A DNA stretch of 53,055 nucleotides from Octopus bimaculoides (GCF_001194135.2 NC_068985.1:2060989-2114043), one strand, 5' to 3'. Shown: positions 10,563 through 23,134, counted from the first letter of the stretch. Program-made: numbers and translations. The notes: generated by a model from the letters alone, not told the origin.

Positions 10563-11553
10563 TATGTGATGAAAACTCACAGCTTATTTTGCTGGGTATG
10601 ATGGAAAGTATTGGCTGTCCACAGCCAACAGACTAAGGTGACACTTCTTTACTGGTCATGCTTCAAGAACTCAGTGAAGAATTCTTGCAGTTCTAAGCAA
10701 TGCTGATTTTTGTAGGTGTTCTACTTTCACAGATGCACCAATCTTTTTCAACCATGTTGCTAGTTGAGTGCTGATACTTCCAAGTGCACCAATTCCAATT
10801 GGCATCGCATCCACTCTCTTCATTGACCACAACCTTCGTATTTCCCACATTAAATCATCATAGTTGTTTATCATTTCTTCTTTCTCATTGACCCTTATGT
10901 CACTGAGGCATGTTATGTCGATTATCAGGGCATGTTCTTTCTTTTTTATTCACCACAACAATGTTTGGTTTCTGATGTCTGGTCAGGGGATCATTGCATC
11001 CCACAGGATTTTGCAATTCTCATTTTTGGTGACTCCTTCTGGGGTTTGCTGTTATCACATGTTTGCTCTTTGTAGGCCATGATTTCCACAGAACTCCTAA
11101 GGGATTATTCTTGCCACATTGTCATGGTGTCTTTTGTATTCAAATTGTGCCAATTTTGGCCATTCGCTAACGATATGCCATACTGTTTCACCCCTTGCAC
11201 CACACATTCTGCATTTTCGCTATCGGTAGAGTTGTCTATTCTGCACTTCACATAGTTGGTCCTAAACACTTGCTCTTGAACTGTACATATGAGTGCTTCT
11301 GTCTCTATCTTCAGGTCACTCCTCTTCATCCATCGCCACAGATTTTCTGTATCTGTCTTGGAAAACTGACCATACATTGCTTTTCCTCCCATGCTTTTTC
11401 TTTTTTGTTTTGTTCATTTCTTGCTTAATTTTTTCTTGAGCTTTCAGTTTTGATTACGCTGGCCTTCTTCATGTGTTTCAACAGTGTCTCCACGGCATTT
11501 TTTATATACAGGTCCAAGCTGTTTTCTTCTGCTTCAATACAGTTCTGGCAATC
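10563..11553 (-). pseudogene. R4/Dong family C, 5'-truncated and decayed
   Basis: WRWMKRSDLKIETEALICTVQEQVFRTNYVKCRID, C..C..ET.WHIVSE, WDAMI, WEIRRLWSMKRVD..IGIGALGSIS, EHLQKSALLRTARIL; 3' UTR ends at an AAT tail. Confidence 0.92.
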
Positions 11554-11836
11554 AGCCCCTTTTGCTATTGGCTGCTTTTGCTATTGGCCGCTTTTGCTAT
11601 TGGCCGCTTTTGCTATCATTCCCAGAGCACCTATGACAACAGGTATTGTTTTAGTCTTCAGGTTCCACATTTTGCCAATTTCTATTTCAAGATCTTTATA
11701 CTTGCTCAGTTTTTGGTAAGACTTGACAGATACGTGTATATCGATTGGAACAGACATAACAATGAGTAGGCATGATTTTTGTCTGAAGTCTTTCAATATG
11801 TCTGGCCTATTTGCATCTATCTTTCAGTCACTTTGA
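11551..11836 (-). pseudogene. R4/Dong family B REL fragment fused to family C
   Basis: DANRPDI..KDFRQKSCLLI..KYKDLEIEIGKMWNLKTKTIPVVIGALGMIAK; 5' end abuts (ATT)n at 11838-11927. Confidence 0.88.
11560..11616 (+). repeat. 16-bp unit TTTTGCTATTGGC(C/T)GC x3.5 at the B/C junction
   Basis: Direct inspection. Confidence 0.9.
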
Positions 11837-11837
11837 A

Positions 11838-11929
<92 letters not shown>

Positions 11930-12036
11930 CTGCAAATATTATCGTTATTTATATCTTCTTAACTATTTTTAGAAGTCGTAATCTACGTCCAGTTATCATT
12001 TTATCCGTCATCCTTCGCCCTGGTGGTAAATAAATG

Positions 12037-12072
<36 letters not shown>

Positions 12073-12692
12073 CCATCACCACCACCACCACCATCAACAT
12101 CATTTTCATCATCATCACCACCATTATTATATACTACAACATCAGATTTCCTGAATGTCGATCTAAAGTAAATAAATAAATTTTTATTGAACATCACATG
12201 AGCCTAGAGCGCTATTTAGCCCGTACGCATCCACGGCACATTGAAAGCTAACATCATCTCTCCTCAGCCGCAGTCATTGTTTATACTTTACTCGAATATT
12301 CTTCTGTTTTAATGTCACAGAGACGAAGAACGTCCGCAAGACAAATGCATTTATTCTACTGTTGTTTTGCAATTATGATTAGATTATATACCTGTACGAA
12401 AACACACACACACACACATTTATATGCATATATTTATATACATATGTATACATTTATATGTATAGATATATACATANNNNNNNNNNTTCTTGCCATTTAT
12501 CAGTCAGAATATCTAAAGCAGCAGTTTTAGCACGGGTTTTCCAGCGCTTGGCTTTTTCTGTGCTTGTTTCTAGTATGCCTAATTCTGCAATTTGTTGTAT
12601 TTGGAATTCACTTGACACCCTCCTACTTTTGCTCCTCTAAGGAGTCTAAGTCTGTAGATATTCTATCAATCCAAGGGGCCTTTTCATTGTGC

Positions 12693-12753
<61 letters not shown>

Positions 12754-12772
12754 TACTATCATTATTATTATC

Positions 12773-13460
12773 ATCAAGACAGCAAACTGGCAGAATCATC
12801 TGTGCAACAAAAAGTTTCATATTATTGGTTCTAGCTCTTTACATTCGAAGTTCAACTCATGCCATGGTCAATTTTGCCTTTCTTTCCTCTAGGGCTGGTA
12901 AAATAAAGTACCGGTCAAGTACTGGGATTGGTGGTATGAAGTAATCCTGTCCCCTCAGAAATGCTGGCCTTGCGCCAAAATTTAAAACAATTATTATTGT
13001 TGTTGTTGTTAAGGCTGGCAGAATCGTTAGAACACCAGGCAAAATGTTAAGTGGCATTTCATCCGTCTTTACGTTCAGAGTTCAAATTCTGCTGAGGTCA
13101 ACTTTACTTTTCGTCCTTTCAGGGTCAACAAAGGACCAGTTGAGCTCTGGGAGTCAATGTAATCAACTTACCCCAGCTCCCGAAATTGCTGGCCTTGCGC
13201 CAAAACTTGAAACCATTCTTGTTGTTGTTGTTGCTGTCAGGCAGCAACCTGGCAGAGACGTCAGCACGCCAGGCAGAACGCTTCACAGCACTTCATCCGT
13301 CTTTACGTTCTGAGTTCAAATTCCACCAAGGTTGATTTTGCTTTTCGTCTTTTCAGGGTCAATAAAATAAATACCAATGGAGCACACCAGGAGCTATGTC
13401 AATCACTATGCACCTCCCCACTATTCTTGCTGGAGTTGTGTCAAAATTTGAAACCATTAT
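12773..13460 (+). mobile_element. Three head-to-tail copies of SINE family A
   Basis: Heads at ~12785, ~13015 and ~13250, each with ctggcaga..., ttcaa(a/c)t and ggtc aa/aaataa, ending aaaatttgaaac/ttaaaac plus a short (ATT/GTT)n. Confidence 0.85.
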
Positions 13461-13477
13461 TATTTTTAGTATCATTA

Positions 13478-13572
13478 TCATCATCAGCAGCAGCAGCAGC
13501 AGTAGCAGCAGCCGTGGCGGCGGCGGCGGCGGTGGCGGTGGCGGCGGTGGTGGTGGTGGTGGTGGTGGTGGT
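13478..13572. repeat. Compound triplet repeat CAT>CAG>CGG>TGG
   Basis: Direct inspection. Confidence 0.9.
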
Positions 13573-14099
13573 TGGTGGGCAACTAATAATCATGAAATTA
13601 GTTGTTTTACTCTTCTTTTTTTTCATTTTTTTTCTTCGCTGCAAAATACTCTCCACACCTAGATTAAAGCTAATTATAACATTTGACAATATCTAGAATA
13701 AAATTTTAAAAAGCATACACAAAAAAAAAAAAAGAAAATCATACATATTCACATTTATTTTCTAGTGTTACTTTGGAAATTTATTTTTACAATTTCAACT
13801 TTTCGTAATATAAAACTAATAATAATTAAGAGTGGTTACGAGTTTGATTTTGATGAAATAAAAAATATCATAAGATTGATTAGAAAATATAAAAAAAAAA
13901 AATACAACAAACAAAATGACATATTCTTTTATTCAAAGAATCAAAAGATAAGAATCAAAACACACACACACACACACACATTCACAGACAAAATGGAATA
14001 ATAATGGCAAAGAAAGAAAGGAAACAGTAAAAAATAACAACACATAATGTGTATTGATGTTTAATTACCAGGAGGCTGGAGAGAAATTCTATATATGGT

Positions 14100-14410
14100 T
14101 GTGAGTAATAATGAAGGGATATGATGACGATGAGGATGATGATGACAACGACAATGACAATGACGACGATGATGATGATGAGGAGGAGGAGGAGGAGGAT
14201 GACAGCAATGCCAACAACGATGATGGTGGTGGTGGTGGTGCTGATGAGGATCATGTGATAGAGTGGTGTGGAGGAAGGTAAATGTTGTGATGAGGAAGAA
14301 CAGGATAATGATGAAGAGGAGGAGAAAGAAAGTGAAAGGAAAAGAGAGGGAAGAAGAGGAGGAAGGAGGAGGTGAAAGGGGAGGAGGAGCAGGAGGAAGG
14401 AGGAGGCAAT
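14100..14410. repeat. Degenerate GAT/GAG/GGT triplet low-complexity tract
   Basis: Direct inspection. Confidence 0.85.
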
Positions 14411-14732
14411 GTCTGCAGTCAATTTTGCTGTTTGGGTCCAAAACCACACAATACAACTTTAAAGGAATTTATTCCTGGATGATGATAAACCACCAATTCT
14501 GCTGTTTAAGCAACGCATTGAGTATGGAATAATAAGTCTATTTACTATTTAGGAAGAGTTGTTGTAAGTAGTCTGGTCTTGTGCTGTCTATTGTGTCTGG
14601 TGGAACTCTGCTGAAGAGATAGAACAAGACCAGAGAGAGAAGAGAAGACATGGAGTAGGAGAGAAAGTCATTGAAGAAACCACAGAATATGCGATGAAAG
14701 AAATCTAGCAAATAAGCGAATAATAATAATAA

Positions 14733-14817
<85 letters not shown>

Positions 14818-14819
14818 AG

Positions 14820-16128
14820 TGTGCAACGAGATAATGGAAAAGGAAATGAAAGAGCAACTGCGGATGGAGTATTTCTGAAGACTGAAGTTGGTGCTGCACT
14901 CAACATTGACAGGATGGGAATAAAATCCAAGCAGTTGATACGTGGGTGATGGCACCACTTCGGTATGGAGTAGGATTTATTAAGTGGCAAAAGAGAGAAA
15001 TGAAGAAAATGGATACCAAGACCAGAAAAATGTTGACAGTGTACAGAACCTTCCACCATAAGAGTGACACTCATAGGCTGTACTTGTCCAGAAGGAAGGG
15101 TGGGAGAGGCTTGATCAGTTGCCAGGACTGTATCGAAGCAGAGGAAAACAGCCTAAGGTGGTTGGTAAAAAATGCTGTGGAACCACTGTCGAAACACATG
15201 AAGAAGGTTGACATCATCAAAACTGCAAATTGTATAACTAAAGAAAAATTTGAACAAGAAATTAACATGAAAAAGGAAAAGCATGGAAGGAGAAAAAGAC
15301 GTATGGTCAATTTACAAGATTGTGAATGCGAAGCCAGATATAAAGGACCAGTGGCTATGGATGGGGGGGGAGTGACCTGAAGATAAAGACAGAAGCACTC
15401 ATATGTGCAGCTCAAGAACAAGTGTTTAGGACCAATTATATGAAGTGCAGAATTGACAACACTACCGTTAACAACAAATGCAGAATGTGTGGTGTGAGGG
15501 GTGAGATGGTGTATAACATCGTTAGCGAATGCTCAAAATTGGCACAATTTGAATACAAAAGACACCATGATAATGTAACAAGAATGATCCATTGGGAACT
15601 CTTTGAAAATCACGGCCTACAAAGAGCAAACATGTAGTATCAGCAAAGCCCAGAAGGAGTCACCAAAAATGAGAATTGCAAAATCTTGTGGGATGCAATG
15701 ATCCCCTGACCAGACATCGGAAACCAAACATTGTTGTGGTGAATAAAAAAGAAAGAACATGCCCTGATAATCGACATAACATGCCCCAGTGACAAAAGGG
15801 TCAATGTGAAAGAAGAAGAAAAAATAAACAACTACGACAATTTAAAGGGGAAATACGAAGTTTGTGTTCAATGAAGAGACTAGACGTGATAGCAATAGTG
15901 ATTGGTGCACTTGGGAGTATCAATATTCAACTACCAACATGGCTGAAAAAGATTGGTGCAAATGTGAAGGAAGAGCACCTAAAAAAATCAGCATTGCTTG
16001 GAACTACAAAAATTCTTCGCTGAATTCTTGAAGCATGACCAGTAAAGAAGTGTCGCCTTAGTCTGTTGGCTGTGGACAGCCAATACTTTCCATCATACCC
16101 AGCAAAATAAGCTGTGAGTTTTCATCAC

Positions 16129-16131
<3 letters not shown>
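14820..16131 (+). pseudogene. R4/Dong family C, 5'-truncated, embedded in (AAT)n on both sides
   Basis: APLRYGVGFIKW..MDTKTRKMLTVYRTFHHKSDTHRLYLSRRKGGRGLISCQDCIEAEE, CRMCGVRGE..IVSECSKLAQFEYKRHHDNV and REL motifs. (AAT)n lies at 14720-14817 and 16132-16170. Confidence 0.93.
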
Positions 16132-16174
<43 letters not shown>

Positions 16175-16199
16175 TGATGATGGATCATATATATAGCAT

Positions 16200-16530
16200 A
16201 CGCAGCTGACAAGGTATGCAATAAGGAAGAAAGAAAAGTCGAGAGATATGACAAGTTAGCTTGGGAAGTTAAGCAGTTGTGGTCGATGAAAAAGGTAGCA
16301 GTAGTACCAATAATTGTCGGAGCCCTGGGAACAGTGAGCAAAAATCTTGAGAAGTACGTGGAAGAAATAAGTGCTGCAATAAGGGTGGAGCACTTGCAGA
16401 AAACAGCACTGCTTGGAACTGCTCGAATACTCCAGAAGGTGCTTGAAAAATAAGGGGTGTTGCCTAAATTCTTTGGTAGTGAACAGCTGGCACCGTAATA
16501 CATCTCCAGCATTAGAAGCTGTGCAAAGAC
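16200..16530 (+). pseudogene. R4/Dong family D 3' fragment
   Basis: KVERYDKLAWEVKQLWSMKKVAVVPIIVGALGTVSKNLEKYVEEI..VEHLQKTALLGTARILQKVLEK*, then UTR and a (CAA)/(AAT) tail. Confidence 0.9.
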
Positions 16531-17084
16531 AACAAAAACAACAACAACAACAATAATAATAATAATATCGGCAAGAAATGGAAGAAAATTTGAAGAAGAA
16601 AAAAAATATAATAACAAAAATGATGATGATAAAGCTAGAGTGATGATCAAATAAACAGTGCCTGTGTTTACTGGCAAAAGATGATCATCTCCAAATATGA
16701 CGAAATCTGGTTCAACACTCAATTTCACATGAATAATCTTGCAAAAGAAACAGAGAGACAGCTTCCATTTCATTCGTTTTTACATGAGTCAGTTTAGTTG
16801 AGTTTTTATCTACGTATGGAATGGTGGCAATTGAAACACTTGTAGTCCTGTTTTCTGTTGATTGTGCTATACTGCTCTGGATTGATCAGTTCACAGCAGC
16901 ATCTATAATCCTGAAATATTAAGACCCACCGTTGAAAGAACTTATAAGAAAATCCCAAAATAATGCATTTAACTATAAAATATTGGAAAGATTTCGATAA
17001 GCATTCAGTGATGTAGACATGACACATCCAGGGTTTGTATTTTGGACACTTCAAAATGGAATGGTTATTAATCTGTAGCACATC

Positions 17085-17350
17085 TGTTTCCTTAGTCTAT
17101 GTCTCTATCTTTCTATCCATTCATCTATCCATCTATCTCACTCTATCTCTCTATGTATCTCTCTCTCTCGCTCTTGTTCTCTCTCTTTGTTTATCTATCC
17201 ATCATCTATTTATCTACCTACTACCTACATATCTATCTATCTATCTATCCATCTTTATATCTACCAACATTCCTATCTATTTATTTATCTATCTGTCTGC
17301 CTGTCTATTTATCTATTTATCCATCTATCAATCTATCTATTTATCCTTCT
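17085..17350. repeat. Degenerate (TATC)n/(TC)n tract
   Basis: Direct inspection. Confidence 0.9.
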
Positions 17351-17574
17351 CTCCATATTGCAACTCATCATTCATTGCAACCATTGCCCCTCCTCTTCCA
17401 GCTTCCTCATCTCTTTCAACTCATCCTTTCTGACCCTGGCAGTTAAAGTTGTCAGAGGTGTTGTTCTTTCTTTTTTTCCTCAGCTCTCAGTTTATAGTAT
17501 GTTTCCTCCAATGTGTTATTCCTCTCTTCAACTTAGTTAATGAAAGGGAGGTAAATATTACAAAGTCATACTTA

Positions 17575-17715
17575 TTTGTTGGGGATGGCCATGGTGCAGG
17601 AATGGTTGTGTGGTTGAAATGTTCACTTCCCGACTACATGACTTAATTTCCTTCCCATTGAGTGGTACTTTGAGCAATTGTCTTCTGCTATAACCCTCAA
17701 TGGACGAACAGATAT
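17575..17715 (+). mobile_element. SINE family B head, degenerate
   Basis: ggtgcaggaatggttgtgtggtt...actttgagcaattgtcttctgctataacc resembles 40305-40410. Confidence 0.55.
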
Positions 17716-17884
17716 ATTCTAAGAGTTGCTGTTGGTTTTAAGAAATTAGAGAGCAGAAGAAGAATATAAAGAGATGGACATGAGAAACTTTGGGTAGCTT
17801 AAAATCTTTCTGATGATATCCAAGTAGAAGAGGAAAGAAGTTGAGGAAGTGTAACCCTCGTAAGTCCATTCATCAATCAATTTG

Positions 17885-19950
17885 GCCATTTGTCCATCCA
17901 TCCCTCTATTTTCCCCACCTATTATTCCTGGGAGGGTCTTAGGGGTAGAACCTTCCATAGAGCACCCTTTCCATAGAGTCCTATCAGAAGCAGCCTTTAT
18001 TACACTTTTATCAGTTGTAATTCCCAAGTGCGACCCACTGAGGCTATGGATATTATCCAGTCATTTTGTTCTTGGTCAGCCCCTAAGTCTCCTGCCAGTT
18101 GACTTGGTTTGAAGAATCTGTTTTGTGATTCTTTTCTGTGATATTCTATCACATGTCCATTGCACTGTAACAGTGACCCGTCAACTTGGAGAAGTAGCAG
18201 CTCAACTTGGAGAGCCCCCCTCTCCACCCTCATCTCTAAGCTGTGTAACATTATTCCAGAGACCCTTTAGGAGGAACACCATCTCAGCTGCTTGTATTCA
18301 GGATCATCCTCTTTCGGTCATTACCCAGAATTCATAACCAAAGGTAAGGATAGACACAGAAACCAAATTGAAGATAGCAAGTTTGACTTCTTTACCAAAC
18401 TCTCCTTCTCTGAGAACTGAATGCTAGATTTGGGGCATTAGGGTTCCAGCATACACTTCAGCTTTTTGCTTCCCGTCACCCATAGATATGGCTCCGGAGA
18501 TACTTGATCCTCTCCACTTGTCTCAGTGATGTTCCACTAACATGCAGAATGCATGAGGAAAACTTTCTCGAGGACCAATATTTCAGCCTTCACAACATTA
18601 ATTCTCCTCTCTGCTTTGCACCACTCAGCACTGAACCCATTCAGTGCATATTGGTGATCCCTTCCTGATGAGCAAAACAGCTCCTTATCATCTGCTGATA
18701 TCAATCAACTGATCCTATACACACCAGGTGTAATACCACTTCTGCAACAACCGCACATGTCAATCCGGTTCATAGTAAATTATGAAAAGGAGAGGTGATA
18801 GTACACACCCATGCTAAATTCCAACACCCATACTGAAAGGCCTTAACTTAGCACCATTTACCCAAACACAAGCATCTGGGCATTCACATAGGGATTTCAT
18901 GGCTACCAGAGGGTACCTATTAATCTCAAACTCCAGGAAAACTCTCCAGAGCATGCCTTGTGGTACATAGTCATGTCTTTTTTTTTTTTTTTGAGGTTTA
19001 CAAAGAAATTGCACACTTCTTGGTAATTTTTCTACAATTTCTCAAACACCTGCCATAGAGTGAATATTTGGTTGGTTGTGTAGTGTCCAGGATGGAGGCC
19101 ATACTGTTTTCCAGCTAGCTTAGGCTTGACAATTTCCCAAAATCTCTTTTCCAGACACCTAGTTTACTCATAACTGGGTAGTCTCAACAAAGAAATTCTT
19201 CTATAATTAGATCCCTCACCTCAGACTGCCATTGCTTTGATGGCTTTCCAAAGCTCCAAGCTACATGGCACACATGAACCTGCCAAAGAATTACCTTCTC
19301 TTTTTAAGGCTTTTAGCATTTCAGTTTGATTTTCATCTTCCCAAGTCACCATATTTGAGCACCTTAATCACCCCTATGACCTTAGTCTCTGAAAGGTTAG
19401 ATTTTGCTTTTAAGCGCACCTCTTGTCCACCACAAGATTTTACTGTGACTGTATTTAGGAGATCAACAAGGTATTCTTTTGAACCCTAAAGAATGCTCTT
19501 TTTTGTAGCAAGAATAATTCTAGCCAAGTTCTTAATGGCAGGTGTGGAAGAAGGCTTCTTGTTACAAAGTGAGAAGATTATCAGGCATAACACATTATTG
19601 GTCAATCTAAAATCAGAGTCCAGCGTAACCTCAAAGTCCTTCTTTGACTCAGTACTGGGCGATTTTATTATCTCTGCAGTAACTTTTCATGCCACAGTAT
19701 ATTAGCTGAGCAAAAAAGGGAGACTTGTTTCTAAGCCAAGCTTTGTTAGTCTCCTTCTCAGAGGATGTCTTTAACTTCCTGGCTAAACTAGAGAGTTCTT
19801 TTACCACAATTTTTTGGAAGCAGCATCATTGTACTTAACATCAGTAAAGTATTTGACTGTGTTTACCAAATGAATCTTCTGGCAAAACTCCTCTCCTTTG
19901 GGATCCATCTGTCTTTTATAGTCTTTCACAGTGGTAGCTGCTTCCTGTTA
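17885..19950 (-). pseudogene. RTE-clade LINE (Expander/Rex3-like), heavily decayed; 5' boundary uncertain
   Basis: Minus strand gives SNYRRISLLRLP, AMKSL..DACVWVNG..RPFSMGVGI, GCVLSPLLF, KLAIFNLVSVSILTFGYEFWVMTER and IQAAEM; 3' end ...ggatggatgg at ~17890-17905. Confidence 0.82.
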
Positions 19951-20729
19951 CGTCACAATTTCAGAATGTATACTGATGAAACTCTCTCTGACCCACATCT
20001 TATCGATTCTGATGTGCCCCAGAATTCTAGTTTGTTCCCCAAATTCTTCCTCAATAATCTGGAGGTCACCACCTCGAGGTAGAGAACACCACCTTTCATC
20101 CTTCACCATTTTTGCCTCTCAAGTGGCTTCTTTACGCTACTTAGGCTGGTTCAAGTCAAATCGGTCCAGATTAGAGATTTTGGAAGTATTTTCCGATGGA
20201 AATATTTTCAATATCACAAAGGCTCAATCAAGAAACAACCTCATACCATCTTCTTAGATGTCAACAACAAACAATTGGATCCATCAATACCTTGGCACCA
20301 GCGTCTTTGAGAATCTTTTACACTCAGTTATGCATTCTCAATGTATAGTCATCGGCTCAAAGACAGGCATTTATCTTTAGAAAATATTTCAGTCTCAAAC
20401 AACTATTAAACCTCCACAAATCTGAAATGGAAACCATTATGTAGTCCTCACATATGAGATGGTTCTCTACACACACACAGACACACACACACGCACACAC
20501 ACACAGATGCACACATTAGACTGTTCTCCCAGAAAAATGGTTACCAGACTGATCAGCATGAAGTTTCTCATCAGTTCCCCCTAACTTCTGGAATGTCTGG
20601 CTGAACATTACCCTTCATCCATTCATGCTTGATTCCCCTATTCCATCCTCCTAACTCTGTCTCACCATCTACACCCAACAAAAACTTCTTCATCCAATCT
20701 TTTTTCTTTCTTTCTTCCTTTCTTTCCAG

Positions 20730-20858
20730 AATTACCGTCCCAGGATATTTCTGCTGCCAAAACCATTCCAGCAGACATTGACCAACAGCTGTTCAAACTG
20801 ACCCAGAACTGCATCAAACTCACAAACCATGGAGAAGAACTTGTAAAAGCCATCGATG
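20730..20858 (+). CDS. Candidate coding exon (129 nt, phase 1-1) of an unidentified host gene
   Basis: A ~30-nt polypyrimidine tract ending ttccag precedes the open frame ELPSQDISAAKTIPADIDQQLFKLTQNCIKLTNHGEELVKAIDG. The donor GTACCC is weak; alternatively the frame runs to TAA at 20891-20893. Confidence 0.45.
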
Positions 20859-21711
20859 GTACCCAGCCTCTTCCTCTTCTTTCTAACTTATAAAATAACC
20901 CTCTTTGGCTCCTTCATGACCAGTTGAATTCCTCAAGAGATGATATAGCAGTGACGATAGGGTCATGTCAAAATGCCATGTTACTTTGCGGCATACTTCA
21001 AGTGACTGAAGATCTTTGAATAATGCATGACTGCAATGTGTAGGCATGCATGTGCTTCTCTTTGTGTGTGTGTGTGTGTGTGTGGGTGTGTGTGTGTGTG
21101 TGTGGGTGGGTGTGTGTGTGTGTGTGTGTGGGTGTGTGTGTGTGGGAAATGTTTATAGAGACTTACAAAAATGTTAAGAAATATTCATAAACTGCTTCAT
21201 TAATTAATCATACTAATTAAGTGATGTAACTTGGAAATTTACTGCTTTATGGTAACAGCTTTTGTGGTGGCGGCTCTTGTGAAAGTAAATAATAAATAAT
21301 TGATCCTGATGTTCCAGGCCTGGAAGCTTTGAAGTTGATGGCATCATACATATTATTGATCCATTGATCCAGAATCAGAATAAATGAGAGAGAGAGAGAG
21401 AGGAGGAGGAGAAGGAGGAATGAAAGAAAGGATTGAATAGAGAAAAGAGCAACAATTTGAAATATTTAGAAAATCACCCGGCTAAAATTATTCCACCATT
21501 TTTTATTCAAAAGATGTGAATAACCAGAGGAGAGTAAATACTGAACTAGATCTGTTAATATATGATATTATAATATTATAAACATTGTTAATGGTCGTGA
21601 GTTGGCAGGAATGGTTGGGCTCCGTATTGTTTCAAATGCATTTAGGCATCGACACTCAACCTGCTAGAAATACCATTCTCAGTTTACACCCGACTCTCAT
21701 AGAAATGTGAA

Positions 21712-21990
21712 GTCACATGGCCTAGTGGCTAGGGTGCTGCAGTTGCACTCACTGTCTAATGATCATGTGTTCGATTCCTGAGCCAAGAGGTGCAATGTAT
21801 TCTTGAGCAAAACACTTCATTTCCCATTGCTCCAGTCCACTCTGCTGTAAACAGGTGACCACCCTGCCACAGAATAGCCTTCCTCTGTGGGGGTTGCCAC
21901 CCCGCCTAGCCAGTGGGGAAGCATCGTTCAAAAGCTAAAAGGATGCAAAGTGCATTGTGACCAGTGACGTATAACAACATCCGATAAAAA
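21712..21990 (+). mobile_element. tRNA-headed SINE family C
   Basis: A-box tggcctagtggctagg, B-box gttcgattcc, body ttgagcaaaacacttcatttc...gctccagtccactc; the head is similar to 42760-42830. Confidence 0.7.
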
Positions 21991-23134
21991 TCTGGTCAAT
22001 CGTGAAAACAGAACACAGTAAATCCTTGCCAATTAATCTAGCCATATCTGCCCGAAACATTCTTGCTATTTCATGTTCAGACTGGCCAGGTCTGGCCTCT
22101 CACACCTACCCAACAATGTCATTCTAAAATTAAACAATCACATCATCAAAATCTCAAAGCTAGAATTAATTAACATGCAATTAATTCTTAAAAGAATGCA
22201 AATAAATATGCATCACATTTGTCAGAATAATCCAAGTGCTAAAGAATTAAATATTGTAATCCAACCAGAAAGCCTTGGATTAATCACTCAGCCTGCCAAA
22301 AACAGTAGCCAAATCCCCCTCAAAACTCCTCTGCCTTCCATTTTAGATAAAGCACGACTCATTGGTAATGTAGTTCTAGATACAATATTCTTGCAAAGAC
22401 GAAGGAAAACTGGTTGCATTTGAAATACTTTTGATTTGGGGCTGAATTGGAGCTAAGCATTGGTAGTAACAACAACAACATCACACACTGTTAGTTTCCA
22501 TTTGTAACCTGACCAGAGGACGTCTGCCTCTCTGGAGTTGCCAAACTGATTAATTTCAATTTAAATGATAGCACTCACCCATCCCCCGGTTTATACAGAC
22601 CCCAAAAAAATCAATACTGTGACTATAATGTTATTTTTGAAAGGAGTAGATATACGAGTTACATCTTTGCAAACCTTGATTATGGAATTAAATGCTGGTT
22701 TATAATGGTTAACCCGAACCAGAGTTTTTTTTCTGTTATTATAAGAGCAAGAATTATGACTTTGAGAGCTTGTTTGTTAATAGAGAGGAGCATATTTGAT
22801 TTCTTACGTAAAATAGCTGAATGTCTCTATTTTCAGGTTGATATGTTGCTCTATAGAAATATCTGGAATGATATGGTGTGTTGTACAGTAGTAATGAGGT
22901 TTTTTTTGTATAATGGTATTCTTATATGGTAATATAGATATGTGTACATAATTGTAGAGATGGATTGAATGGTGTGCGGTGGTATTGGGGAGATGTACTT
23001 GTGTCTTATATAATGTTTATAATATTCATTCACTTCGTGTGGGTGTCTACTAAAGCTGGTGAGTTGGAATATGGTTTTGGAGAATTTTATAGTGATAACA
23101 GTTTGTGTGGGTTTGCTCTATAATGGCAGAAAAT

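Noticed and set aside
14573-14631. Hairpin CTGGTCTTGT/ACAAGACCAG enclosing CTGAAGA
   Set aside because: There is no correctly placed GAAA or cleavage triplet, and the interior pairs too poorly for a pre-miRNA.
135-20580. Other isolated CTGATGA words (about 139, 875 on the minus strand, 17810, 18665, 19972 and 20568 on the minus strand)
   Set aside because: None has a stem II followed by GAAA and a matching stem I.
22700-23040. Possible exon or TE fragment after the acceptor tctctattttcag (~22837)
   Set aside because: There is no good donor, the peptide is unrecognisable and no TE motif could be identified.
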